Part shown: one piece after another, positions 1-9,322 of the stretch
Layout: every line of letters starts with the position of its first letter
Position numbering within the stretch: position 1 is the first letter of the stretch
DNA from: Chloroflexota bacterium
GTDB lineage: Bacteria > Chloroflexota > Dehalococcoidia > Lucifugimonadales > JADFKI01
NCBI GenBank assembly: GCA_027623195.1
Contig: JAQBUT010000002.1
Span: 111,193-175,192, forward strand
DNA: 64,000 nucleotides
Direction: 5' to 3'
Translations under genes and position numbers: made by a program
The notes under the pieces: generated by a model
The model's input: only the letters and a program-made list of their open reading frames with translations
The model's database searches: none
Told to the model about the DNA's origin: nothing

Positions 1-506
1 GTCCGCCAGCCGAACAGGCCGCTGTAGAACGCGCCTGCCGCCTCGGTGTCACTCGTACCAAGCTCGTTCCAGCACATGGCGCCCGGCTCATAAGCAATCT
101 GCGTGCCTATGTGAGCCTTAGGCTCCCACAGCGATATGTGCGCTCCCTGGGGGTCTTGCACCACCGCCATTCGACCTACATCCATCACGTCCATGGCCGG
201 CATAACGGCCTTACCACCAAGCTCCTCAGCTTTCTTCTGGCTCTCTTCGGCGCTTGCCACCGTGACGTAGTTCACCCAGTGCGGCGGAATACCCTGCCCC
301 TTCATCTCGTCGCCCATGTCGTACACGGCGGCGGCATTCAGGCCGCCCTTGTCGAACATTGTGTACGTCATGCCCTCGCCAGCCGGCATGTCCGTGGCGT
401 TCCAGCCAAACAGACCTGTGTAAAAGGCCTTCGCGCCCTCCGCGTCTGAGGTGGCCAGATCGGCCCAGCTAAAGGATCCAGGTGCGTGTTCCTTTACTTC
501 TGACAT
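1..506 (-). CDS. VOC/glyoxalase family protein (two-domain, Rv0577/CFP32-like), 3' end outside the window
   Basis: Not in the ORF track. Hand translation from the ATG at 506 (RBS AAGGAG): MSEVKEHAPGSFSWADLATSDAEGAKAFYTGLFGW...PPHWVNYVTV...GRMAVVQDPQGA...CWNELGTSDTEAAGAFYSGLFGW, a duplicated VOC module. Open to the window edge. Confidence 0.9.
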   Translation of the reverse strand, partial: MSEVKEHAPGSFSWADLATSDAEGAKAFYTGLFGWNATDMPAGEGMTYTMFDKGGLNAAAVYDMGDEMKGQGIPPHWVNYVTVASAEESQKKAEELGGKAVMPAMDVMDVGRMAVVQDPQGAHISLWEPKAHIGTQIAYEPGAMCWNELGTSDTEAAGAFYSGLFGWR

Positions 507-703
507 CAATGTCTCCTTTTCAGACTTCGATTATTTAGCACTAATGTTTGTATATTGTCCGACCTCTTGTCCAGGGTCCACAATTTATCAGGTACGGACC
601 TTACATGTGGTTGCCCAAATTATGTATTGGATCGAGAGAATTGGCACTACTTTTATGCGTCGGGCATATTCATTCCGATTTAACAGAGAAGTACCCGTCG
701 CGG

Positions 704-772
704 CCTTTCCCCCCAAGGGGGAAGAAACAATCTCCTCTCCCTCGACGGGAGAGGATTAGGGTGAGGGTGAGG
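704..772. repeat. Palindromic REP-like repeat, CCCTCACC/CCTCTCCC...GGGAGAGG family, copy 1
   Basis: Hairpins TTCCCCC/GGGGGAA and TCCTCTCCC/GGGAGAGGA followed by GGGTGAGGGTG. The reverse complement closely matches 12384-12468. Confidence 0.85.
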
Positions 773-857
773 TCGTCCTCGTCCCCGGCCGAAAAACGTA
801 CCGCAATTCAGCCATAGACAAATCCGCCTTCAACGTGATCCCGAAGCCAGGCCCGCC

Positions 858-1556
858 CTACCCCAGCAGCAGCTTGCTCAACTCGGCCGGGTGGCTAAGC
901 ATGGGGTAGTGTCCTGCATCCAACTCGTACCATGCTGCGTTGAGCTTGTCTGCGGTGGCCCGCTGATGTGCCTCCGGTGGGTTGACACTCAGGCGGCAAC
1001 GGATGACCGTGGCTGGCCACTCCTGCGACCAGAAGCCGTCTAGCTCTCCGGGCGCGTCCGAGGCCTCGATTGGATGCGCGGTGCAGCGGTCTACGGCCCA
1101 GGCCTTCAGCGTCGGCTCCAGGTCGGCGAACAAACGCGTTTCCAACTCCTCTCGCGTGGGGCCGCGAGTGAGTTCTGTGGTCGTCATGGGCGCTGAATCG
1201 GGGTTACGCTGCACGATATCGGTAACCTTCTGGCCGGGCTGCGGAGCCAGGGCGTCTACGAAAAAGATGTGCTTGATTCTGTCTCGAGCCAACTCGGCGA
1301 TCTTGGCTACCACCAGACCACCGGTGCTTGTGCCTGCGAGCATCACGTTGTCAATGTCCTCGTAGAACATCAAGTCTGCTAACTCTTGGGCCTGTGTCGC
1401 GATGGTGATGCCGGGCCGAATCTGATGGCGGCGTTCGGCACAACCGTCCAGTGTCGGGACGTAGACGTTGTGTCCAGCCTCTCTCAAAATCTTGGCCGTT
1501 GGCTGCCAAATCCAGGCACCCTGAAATGATCCATGAACCAGTACGTAGTTTGCCAT
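858..1556 (-). CDS. Alpha/beta hydrolase (methylesterase-like)
   Basis: LVHGSFQGAWIW oxyanion motif, GTSTG nucleophile elbow, C-terminal DAGHYPMLSHP. Confidence 0.88.
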   Translation of the reverse strand: MANYVLVHGSFQGAWIWQPTAKILREAGHNVYVPTLDGCAERRHQIRPGITIATQAQELADLMFYEDIDNVMLAGTSTGGLVVAKIAELARDRIKHIFFVDALAPQPGQKVTDIVQRNPDSAPMTTTELTRGPTREELETRLFADLEPTLKAWAVDRCTAHPIEASDAPGELDGFWSQEWPATVIRCRLSVNPPEAHQRATADKLNAAWYELDAGHYPMLSHPAELSKLLLG

Positions 1557-1648
1557 TTCTTCTCCTTATGCTTTCTCTGTGACTGGCCGCCTGCAGGCCA
1601 GTGTCCGGGTCATTACGCTTCTTGTGGGAGCGAACCCGCCGTGACGGG

Positions 1649-2971
1649 TCAACGGGCCTCCCGCTGCACCCTGCGAACGCCACCCATATCTGCGCCCTCT
1701 AAAGGGATAGTTCCGATTACCTGCTTCGATTCCAGTTCTCTCATTCGTTCGTCTGGGTATCCTAACACTTCGCCAAGAAGGTACTCGTTGTGCTCGCCCA
1801 ACGTAGGCGCATGTTCGTGTCGTTTTTCGAAACGACCTTTATCTGAATTACCCAAGAACTTCCATATAGGGCCGCTCATAGGGTACGTTCCGGCATCGGG
1901 ATGTGTAACTACCTGGAAGTAATCTCGAGCCTGCAGGTGCGGGTCCTCGTACGTGTCCGCTCCGCAATCCAGAACAGGCCCAGCCGGAATGTTCTTGGCC
2001 TGTAACAGACGAAAGATGTCATACTTGTCACGTGTGGCTGTCCACTCGCCGATGATCTCGTCCAGTGCGTCCTGGTTTTCCAGGCGCGCTGCCAATGTGC
2101 CGAACCTACCGTCATCTCCCAGGTCCGGCACGCCCATGAGGGCGCAAAGGGCATGCCACTCGTTATTGTTGCGGATAGAAAGTGTCACCCACTGGTCTTC
2201 ACCTGTGCAGAGGTAGCAACCCTGAGGCGCAATCGCGGGGTGTCGATTGCCCCTACGCTCTCTGGGACGGCCTGTCATCTGCTCTTTCAGGAAGATCTCT
2301 CCAAGATGAGGCATGAAGGTCTCCGCCTGAGACAGGTCGATGAACTGGCCCTTGCCAGTGCGAGCCCTGTAGAGCAGCGCAGCGCAAATGGCGAAGTATG
2401 CCGTGACACCGCCTACCGCGTCTGGATGGTGCACCAGCGAATTGTTGGACAGGTCCATGTCCGGGTATCCGCGCAGCGCCGAGTGACCAGACAGCGCGTC
2501 TATGGCCATGCCCATGCTGTGAAATTTCTTGTATGGCCCTGTGTTGCCGTAACCAGGAGTAAACAGGACGATGAGGTCTGGCTTGACCTTGCGCAACTCC
2601 TCGTACCCCAGGCCCAGGCGGTCCATGACTCCAAAGGCATAGTTGGAGAAGACCACGTCGCTGAGACTGGCCATCTCCTTGAACGCCTCCCTGCCCTCCT
2701 CAGACCCCAGGTCGAGAGTCACGCCCAGCTTGTTCCTATTCAGCGCATTGAAATTGGCCTGTCGGTTCCACGCCCGTTCCCCAGGCTCGTCTTCGGGGTA
2801 ACCGGGCGTGTCTGGATTGGGGTGTATAAGTCCTCTGGCGATACGCTGAATGGCCTCTACTTTGATGACCTCTGCGCCCATGTCTCCCATAAGCACACCA
2901 CAGAAGGGACCGGCCCAGATCTCTGCTAGCTCCAGCGCCCGTACGCCCGACAGAGGGCCTTTGCTCGGCAC
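1649..2971 (-). CDS. Class III CoA-transferase (CaiB/BaiF family), catalytic-type subunit
   Basis: PLSGVRALEL...AGP...GAEVIKVE, NRNKLGVTLDL, HHPDAVGG (active-site Asp), APTLGEHN. GTG start overlaps the upstream stop. Confidence 0.93.
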   Translation of the reverse strand: MPSKGPLSGVRALELAEIWAGPFCGVLMGDMGAEVIKVEAIQRIARGLIHPNPDTPGYPEDEPGERAWNRQANFNALNRNKLGVTLDLGSEEGREAFKEMASLSDVVFSNYAFGVMDRLGLGYEELRKVKPDLIVLFTPGYGNTGPYKKFHSMGMAIDALSGHSALRGYPDMDLSNNSLVHHPDAVGGVTAYFAICAALLYRARTGKGQFIDLSQAETFMPHLGEIFLKEQMTGRPRERRGNRHPAIAPQGCYLCTGEDQWVTLSIRNNNEWHALCALMGVPDLGDDGRFGTLAARLENQDALDEIIGEWTATRDKYDIFRLLQAKNIPAGPVLDCGADTYEDPHLQARDYFQVVTHPDAGTYPMSGPIWKFLGNSDKGRFEKRHEHAPTLGEHNEYLLGEVLGYPDERMRELESKQVIGTIPLEGADMGGVRRVQREAR

Positions 2972-4197
2972 TAGACCACACCCCTATCGCGCAATTCAGT
3001 CAGGTCGCTTTCACGTAATCCAAGAATCTCGCCGTATACCTCAGGGTTATGCTGTCCTAGCGTGGGTGCGGGTGTTGGCTCGTTGCGGGGCATGTCGGAA
3101 TACAAGAAAGGCAGGCCAGTGTAGGTCAGGACACCAGCCTCCGGATGCGCCAGGTCAACGAAGTAGTCGCGAAACTTGAACTGCTCGTTCTCCAGTGCGT
3201 CAGAAGTCGTCTGAATGGGTGCGCAGGGCAGGCCCTCCCCCTGTCCGGCATCGAAAATCTCGGCTCGGGTGTGCCTGTCGAACCACTCCTGGAATTCAGC
3301 TTCGATCTCCTCACGGAACTCGGTGCGGCCTTCAGGAGTTTTGTAGCGCTCCACGTCCAAGAGTTCGGGCCTCTTTATCATCCTCGCCAGATTGGGCCAC
3401 ATGCGGGGACCCAATGGCAGAAAGCTGACGAAGCCGTCCTTGCATCGGAATGTGCCGACGGCGTATGGCTCGCGGGAGCCTGACGCCGTCAGACGAGGTG
3501 GCTTGCGCGGGTCGGTCTCGCCGCCGTAGATGTACGGCAGCCGTCGGCCAATCTGGTGAGGATGTCCGGCCATGCACTCCTGCATAGCGATGTCGATCCA
3601 CTCTCCCTTGCCGGTCATGGTTGCCTGAAATATGGCCGTCATAGTCGCCGCAACTGCCGCCGTGCCGGTGAAGTACTGGGCTGCCTCCGCGCCGTAACGC
3701 AGCGGCTCTCTCTCCGGAAGGCCCTCCCTGTGCATGGCACCACCCATGGCGAAGATGGTCAGCTCAGTGAACTCGAAATCTTTGTACGGTCCCGCTTGAC
3801 CGAATGGGGTTATGGATGTCATTACCAGGTCAACGTGGTTTTCTGACAGCGCGCCGTATCCCAGGCCGAGTGACTCCATTTGGTCCGGGGGACCGTTCTC
3901 GATAACGACATGGCTTTGCGCGGCCAACTCGCGGAAGAGTCTTGCGCCCTCCGAGGTCTTTATATCCAGCGTCACTCCCTTCTTCTGGCGGTTCAGGTGC
4001 AGGAAGAGGCCGCTCTTCTCCAGGTGCGGCTTGTCGTTGATGAAGGGACCGTGTTGTCGGGACGTGTCGCCGGTGGCGGGTCGTTCCACCTTGATGACGT
4101 CGGCCCCGTAGTCGGCCAGCATTTTGGCGCAGTAGGGCCCGGCGATGTCTGTGGAGACATCGAGAACGCGAACTCCCTCCAGGGCGAGAAACGGCAA
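2971..4197 (-). CDS. Class III CoA-transferase (CaiB/BaiF family), subunit lacking the catalytic Asp
   Basis: LEGVRVLD...AGPYCAKMLADYGADVIKVE, LNRQKKGVTLD, APTLGQHN. Has AAQYFTG at the position of the catalytic Asp. Confidence 0.92.
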   Translation of the reverse strand: MPFLALEGVRVLDVSTDIAGPYCAKMLADYGADVIKVERPATGDTSRQHGPFINDKPHLEKSGLFLHLNRQKKGVTLDIKTSEGARLFRELAAQSHVVIENGPPDQMESLGLGYGALSENHVDLVMTSITPFGQAGPYKDFEFTELTIFAMGGAMHREGLPEREPLRYGAEAAQYFTGTAAVAATMTAIFQATMTGKGEWIDIAMQECMAGHPHQIGRRLPYIYGGETDPRKPPRLTASGSREPYAVGTFRCKDGFVSFLPLGPRMWPNLARMIKRPELLDVERYKTPEGRTEFREEIEAEFQEWFDRHTRAEIFDAGQGEGLPCAPIQTTSDALENEQFKFRDYFVDLAHPEAGVLTYTGLPFLYSDMPRNEPTPAPTLGQHNPEVYGEILGLRESDLTELRDRGVV

Positions 4198-4367
4198 AGG
4201 CCTACCTCATGCGCAAGACGGCGACAGGGCCAATTCTCCATGCGTCGGAGCCAGGTTGTCAACCGGCGTTTATAGAAAGGACGGCTTGGTAAAAATTATG
4301 CCTTTGCAGTTGGATACCTGCCGTAACCGTTTGGCTCAGATATTAGGCTAAAAGCAGGAGGGTTCCC

Positions 4368-5696
4368 ATGGCATTGAAGACTTACGGAACGATGGGCGTG
4401 GACTGGGAGGAGCGTATCGACTATGACAGGCTGCGCACGCAGCGCTTGGACAAGGCCAAGGCTCTCCTAAAGAAGTCGGATATGGGCGCGATTCTGACTT
4501 TCGACATGAACAACATTCGTTACCTCACGGCGACGATCATCGGCACGTGGGCCATGGACAAGCTGGTGCGCTATGCCCTGATGCCCCAGGATCACGAACC
4601 CATTCTGTGGGACTTTGGGTCGGCTGCCAAGCATCACCAGCTTTACTGCCCATGGCTAGGCGACCGCTCCCGCGCAGGCATCTCTACCCTGCGAGGCGCT
4701 ACTCCCGAGGGAGCGGGTCTCGCCGCCGACGTGGCAAAAAAGATACGCATAGAGCTGGAACTGCGAGGCCTGAAAGACGAGCCACTGGGCGTGGACATCG
4801 TGGAACCCGTGGTCCTATTTGCGCTGCAAAACGAAGGGCTGAACGTGGTTGACGGGCAGCAGCTAATGCTGGAGGCCCGCCGTGTAAAGACTGACGACGA
4901 AATCACCCTGCTGAACATGGCCTGCGGAATGGTCGATGCCGTCTACGACGAGCTGTACATGATGCTGCGGGCCGGTGTGCGCGAGAACGACGCTGTCGCC
5001 CTAGCCAACAAGATTCTTTACGAGCTTGGCTCGGAGCATGTGGAGGGCGTTAACGCCATCTCCGGCGAGCGCACAAATCCGCATCCGCACAACTATAGCG
5101 ACCGTCTGTTGCGGCAGGGCGACCCGGTGTACTTCGACATTCTTCATAGCTACATGGGCTATCGAACGTGTTACTACCGCACCATGGTCATCGGCAGCGC
5201 GTCGCAGGCGCAGATCGACGCATACAAGAAGTGTCGCGAGATTCTGGACATCTCCATCGACAAGGTGAAGCCTGGTATCACCACTGCCGACATCGTGAAG
5301 GACTGGCCCAAGGCCCAGGAGTTCGGCTTCGAAAACGAGGAGGCCGCGTTCGCACTGCAGTACGGGCACGGCGTCGGACTGTCCATCTGGGAGAAGCCTA
5401 TCTTCAGCCGGTTGGTGTCGTTGGACAACCCGCAGCCCATCGAAGAGAACATGGTCTTCGCGTTGGAAACCTTCTGGCCTTCCGCTGACGGGTGGTCGGC
5501 GGCCCGCATCGAGGAGGAGGTTGTTGTCACCAAGACCGGCGCCGAGGTAATCACCCGCTTCCCCGCCGAGCAGCTGATGGTGGCGGGACCGCGCTACCAC
5601 ACCGCCACGGGGCCGCTATCGGCCACCCGGGAGGCGCAGTCGCACCTGAACCGCGCCGACGGCATTCCCCCTGGAATAGCAGGGGCGCACGCCTAG
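4368..5696 (+). CDS. M24 family (Xaa-Pro peptidase/creatinase-like) metallohydrolase
   Basis: RRVKTDDEI, YFDI..SYMGY, GHGVGL, ALET, RIEEEVVVT pita-bread fold motifs. RBS AGGAGG. Confidence 0.92.
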   Translation: MALKTYGTMGVDWEERIDYDRLRTQRLDKAKALLKKSDMGAILTFDMNNIRYLTATIIGTWAMDKLVRYALMPQDHEPILWDFGSAAKHHQLYCPWLGDRSRAGISTLRGATPEGAGLAADVAKKIRIELELRGLKDEPLGVDIVEPVVLFALQNEGLNVVDGQQLMLEARRVKTDDEITLLNMACGMVDAVYDELYMMLRAGVRENDAVALANKILYELGSEHVEGVNAISGERTNPHPHNYSDRLLRQGDPVYFDILHSYMGYRTCYYRTMVIGSASQAQIDAYKKCREILDISIDKVKPGITTADIVKDWPKAQEFGFENEEAAFALQYGHGVGLSIWEKPIFSRLVSLDNPQPIEENMVFALETFWPSADGWSAARIEEEVVVTKTGAEVITRFPAEQLMVAGPRYHTATGPLSATREAQSHLNRADGIPPGIAGAHA

Positions 5697-5768
5697 TTTC
5701 TTTTGGGTAGACGGCTTTGGGAAAGAGTTGTGGCAAAACGTCGCAACACATAAAGGGGAGTCAACGGC

Positions 5769-6521
5769 ATGGGTAGTGAGGCGTTTGAACGGCACATCTC
5801 TCTGGAAGGCGCGTACAACTTTCGCGACCTGGGCGGCTATCGCACGAACGATGGCCGGACTGTCAAATGGCGGAGCCTGTTTCGGAGTGGCGAACTTCAC
5901 CTCTTGACCGATCTGGATGTGTCGCGGTTGCGAGGTGAACTTGGTCTAACCACGGTTTTGGACCTGCGAACCACGGACGAAAGCGACGCCGGGGGCATGG
6001 GGCAATTGCAAAATCTAGGGGTTCAACATCACAGCCTACCTTTCACTGCCAGTCTAGCCGAAGATTTTAATTTGCTTCAGGCAGTTCAAAACATGGGAGA
6101 GTTTTATATTGAACTCACTTCTCGAAAGGCTTTCGGAATTAACCTGCTGGAGGCGCTCAACTTGATTGCCGATCCTCATAATCACGCGCTGACCTTCCAC
6201 TGCTCTGTTGGCAAAGACCGGACCGGAGTTTTGGCGGCCATTCTGCTCGGAGCGTTGGGAGTGCCTGACGAGGAGATTGTTGCCGATTATGAGCTGTCGC
6301 AGGCGGCAATGGACTCGATAAACCAGAGAATTATGGCAGACCCCGTTAGATCAGAACGCAACAGGCTGTTGCCCAATTTCACCCAAGAAGCGGCACCAAA
6401 GGCCATGCGAGTTTTCCTGTCTTCCTTGAGGGGCGAATACGGTTCCATGCGCGGTTACGTCGAAGCGCAGGGAGGGGATGATGCCTTGTTTCAGCAACTG
6501 GAAAACGTGCTTTTGGAGTAG
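5769..6521 (+). CDS. Tyrosine-protein phosphatase (Y_phosphatase3/IphP-like)
   Basis: NFRDLGGY, LFRSG, DLR, P-loop HCSVGKDRTG, DYELS. Confidence 0.93.
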   Translation: MGSEAFERHISLEGAYNFRDLGGYRTNDGRTVKWRSLFRSGELHLLTDLDVSRLRGELGLTTVLDLRTTDESDAGGMGQLQNLGVQHHSLPFTASLAEDFNLLQAVQNMGEFYIELTSRKAFGINLLEALNLIADPHNHALTFHCSVGKDRTGVLAAILLGALGVPDEEIVADYELSQAAMDSINQRIMADPVRSERNRLLPNFTQEAAPKAMRVFLSSLRGEYGSMRGYVEAQGGDDALFQQLENVLLE

Positions 6522-6556
6522 CGGCAGCTCTTATCAGGCGTCGACGGGTCTGCCAT

Positions 6557-7345
6557 TTATCCAGCGCCCTCATCTGAGTCTGGAGGGAACCCTTCGTTTT
6601 CAGTGAGTAAATGATGCTTCAAACGGTCCAGACGTCCGCTAATGGTCATGTCTACTAGCGTGTCACCCGTGCGAATAGAAATGCCTCCCAATACCGATGG
6701 GTCGACCTTATAGAATGTCCTTACCTCCCTCTTAGCCATTTGAGCCAGAAAGTCGGATATCTGCTTCTCCTGGTTGGCGCTCATCGGGACCGCCGTGGTG
6801 ACAATCGCGAACCCAATTGATTTCCTAGCTGGAGGTTCCCACGTAAGTTTCGACAGTTCCTCGGTCGCCTCTGAAAGGAGTTTTTGTTGCTCCTCTTCAT
6901 CGAGTGATCGTTGCAGTGAACGCTCTGCTGCGGCCATAACCAGCTCTACAAATGAGTGGTGCAGGTCCTGATACGCCAGTCTGCTTTCCTGGCGCAACTG
7001 ATCCTTGGTCCGCTTCAATTGAGTCTCGGCTGCTTTGCGGGCCCGCCTAAGTCCATCTTGCACATGTCTCTCAGCCAACTCTTCGGCGGCTCGAAGCAGG
7101 GCGTCCCCTTCCCTGCGCGCTTCGGTCAACAATTCCTTCCGAGTTCTGACCGCCTCGTCGGTGATGTTACTGGCGTCTTCTTTATTCGCCGCCCACGTTT
7201 TCTCCTCCTCAGCACGCGTCTTTAGTTTCCGCATAAGTGGTTTGAAGGCAAGCAGGTACAACACCCCCCAGAGTACCAGGAAGTTCACGGTGTATATCAG
7301 CAGGCTGGGAAGGTGGACTCCCAGCCGTTGCAGCGTGTCCAACAT
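6557..7345 (-). CDS. atpF: F0F1 ATP synthase subunit b fused to the C-terminal domain of subunit delta (orphan copy)
   Basis: N-terminal LGVHLPSLLIYTVNFLVLWGVLYLLAFKP TM helix, charged coiled coil, then AIVTTAVPM...VDPSVLGGISIRTGDTLVDMTISGRL (delta/OSCP C-terminal signature). Confidence 0.85.
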   Translation of the reverse strand: MLDTLQRLGVHLPSLLIYTVNFLVLWGVLYLLAFKPLMRKLKTRAEEEKTWAANKEDASNITDEAVRTRKELLTEARREGDALLRAAEELAERHVQDGLRRARKAAETQLKRTKDQLRQESRLAYQDLHHSFVELVMAAAERSLQRSLDEEEQQKLLSEATEELSKLTWEPPARKSIGFAIVTTAVPMSANQEKQISDFLAQMAKREVRTFYKVDPSVLGGISIRTGDTLVDMTISGRLDRLKHHLLTENEGFPPDSDEGAG

Positions 7346-7347
7346 TG

Positions 7348-8250
7348 CTAATTCCCGTTCTTGGATGTTGCTTCATTGTTGCCTTCGGCGACGACCATCA
7401 GCACCACAGTCAATCCCGCAAACACAAAAGCCTGTAGAGTTCCGAGCAGTATTTCCAAACCGTAGAATGGGACAACCAGCATCAAGGGAGTCAAGAAGGA
7501 GATCACTATTCGCAGCAACTCACCAGCAGTTAGAGCTCCAAACAAGCGGAAGGTGAAACTAAACAATCTTGCCAGGATGGTGATGTCGTGTAGAACTGCT
7601 GCGAACATCTTAACCAGACCAGCCAGCGGCTTCCCCCTTATGAGGCTTTGAATGGGGAAAAATTGCCTAAAATAAACGATCCCTTTAGTTCTAAATACGT
7701 GAAGCTCAACAAATATACCAGTAACAATTGCCAACGAAAGAGGCATGTTAATGTCGGTCCCCGCTCCTCGCAACAAGGCAAACGTCCCTTCTGCGCTGTC
7801 TGGAGATTCAATCAACACCGGGCCGTAGACCGGCAAAAGCGTAATCCAGGCGTTGGCGGTTATGAAGAGAAAAAGTGTCGCCACGAAGGAAAAGGTCACG
7901 ATGGAATACCGCTCTCCTGCGATTCCTTTGAACAGCCCCCAAAGGGACTCCAGGATAATGTCAACCGTTCTCCGGCTTTGCGGGAACACGCGGCCGCCAG
8001 GCCCAATAGCGAAGCCTATCAGTCCGATGAGGATGAGCGTTGCCAGCCAGGAAGATAGGATAGTGTTGGTGATCGCGAAAGAGCCGATCGTATATAAAGT
8101 GTCGGCTTGCAGGTGAATTGTGGGGGGCGGTACCAGTTCCTTTATGCCGAAAATATCTCTTGCCAGCAAGCGAAGAAGTACGCCTCCAACGCCGGCAATT
8201 ACGACGCATAGAATAGAGACCTTTACCAGGGTACGTCCGGTAAATATCAA
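7348..8250 (-). CDS. atpB: F0F1 ATP synthase subunit a (orphan, divergent)
   Basis: ITNTILSSW, FLFITANAWITLLP, TDINMPLSLA, FSFTFRLFGALTAGE (conserved Arg), FYGLEILLGTLQAFVF. Start uncertain (TTG). Confidence 0.88.
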   Translation of the reverse strand: MIFTGRTLVKVSILCVVIAGVGGVLLRLLARDIFGIKELVPPPTIHLQADTLYTIGSFAITNTILSSWLATLILIGLIGFAIGPGGRVFPQSRRTVDIILESLWGLFKGIAGERYSIVTFSFVATLFLFITANAWITLLPVYGPVLIESPDSAEGTFALLRGAGTDINMPLSLAIVTGIFVELHVFRTKGIVYFRQFFPIQSLIRGKPLAGLVKMFAAVLHDITILARLFSFTFRLFGALTAGELLRIVISFLTPLMLVVPFYGLEILLGTLQAFVFAGLTVVLMVVAEGNNEATSKNGN

Positions 8251-8430
8251 CAGAAATACCTAAAATGCGATACGTCCGACTTCCACGTAGGGAATTCCGA
8301 GCTTTAACCGAAATTGGCCGAGTGGGTCGTTGACGATTGAAGAAGTCAATCGCCTAGTCTTTTGCCAGAATGTTAAGGTCATGAAGGCCGCGATACAAAT
8401 GGCAAACGCTGGCAGGCGTCACGCGCGCCC

Positions 8431-9315
8431 TCAGATTGCGACCGCCTCCAAAGCCGCCATAGGCCCGTGTCGCAGTATTGTGGCCAACTGGTCGCGGTCC
8501 ATGACCAGCAGCTCCCCGGCGAAGCCCAGCGCGTTTATCGAGATGCCTTCGAAGTGCTCGCGGCTGCGGGGCACTAGCATCATCCAGCGTAGCGTAGCTA
8601 GCAAGTTGTACTTTCTTCTCTCATCAGACGCTTTTCCCAGTCCAACGCCGTCCAATAAGGCTGCGTAATTTTCAAGGAGCATATTGCCGGCCTCCGATAT
8701 GGACAGAGTGTCAATCCCATCCAGCATGGCTATGCAGTGCTGAAACGATAGCATCGGCGATTTCCATATCCCGGTTGTTATTGCTGCGGCATCAATGGCC
8801 GTTTCGATGGGCACGGGCGGCCCATTTGAGTTCAGCGGCAGCGGCACTATCTGAAAATGCTTGTGGCGCTGGCTGGCACCGGCGACCTCCCCTGCGTTGT
8901 AGAAGGCCAGACCATCGAACTCCTGCATGCACGCCCACAGGGCTTCGAAATCTGCCAGCCTTAGTGACGAAGTTTGCTCTTCGAAAACTCGCGTAATAAT
9001 TAGCAAGTGGTTGTTGACAACCGGGAACTTGTTCAGGATGGCCACGTGGGTCTCTGATATATCGGCGACGAACAGGTCCTGGTCGTACGGCAGAAAAGGG
9101 TCGAAGTCCGGCGGATGGACCTCGGGGTTAGCCTCATGCGCCTTGAGGGCCAGGCTGGACACCACCCGAACGTCGAAGGCTATACCCTGGTCCTCCACGG
9201 TCTCTCGCGTAGTCTCGATTGGCCGCAGCGCGCCTCTTTTGATAGCCTGCCGAGTGCTATTTTCGATGGCGCGCCACAGCGTCCCGGCCTGGAGGGTCAG
9301 TCTGCTATCAGGCAA
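8431..9315 (-). CDS. ATP adenylyltransferase / Ap4A phosphorylase II family
   Basis: FDPFLPY, LNKFPVVNNHLLIIT, FYNAGEVAGASQRHKHFQ (HxHxQ), ISINALGFAG. Confidence 0.92.
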   Translation of the reverse strand: MPDSRLTLQAGTLWRAIENSTRQAIKRGALRPIETTRETVEDQGIAFDVRVVSSLALKAHEANPEVHPPDFDPFLPYDQDLFVADISETHVAILNKFPVVNNHLLIITRVFEEQTSSLRLADFEALWACMQEFDGLAFYNAGEVAGASQRHKHFQIVPLPLNSNGPPVPIETAIDAAAITTGIWKSPMLSFQHCIAMLDGIDTLSISEAGNMLLENYAALLDGVGLGKASDERRKYNLLATLRWMMLVPRSREHFEGISINALGFAGELLVMDRDQLATILRHGPMAALEAVAI

Positions 9316-9322
9316 ATGTACC

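Noticed and set aside
451..817. Short ORFs 451-759 and 548-817 (also 12325-12507 and 12391-12588)
   Set aside because: They read through the palindromic repeat ('SPSTGE', 'PSPLMGEG'), have no convincing RBS, and show no domain features.
8251..8430. A hidden atpE or atpI upstream of the orphan atpB
   Set aside because: The gap is only about 180 bp and I found no hydrophobic ORF with the c-subunit GxGxG / conserved carboxylate pattern.
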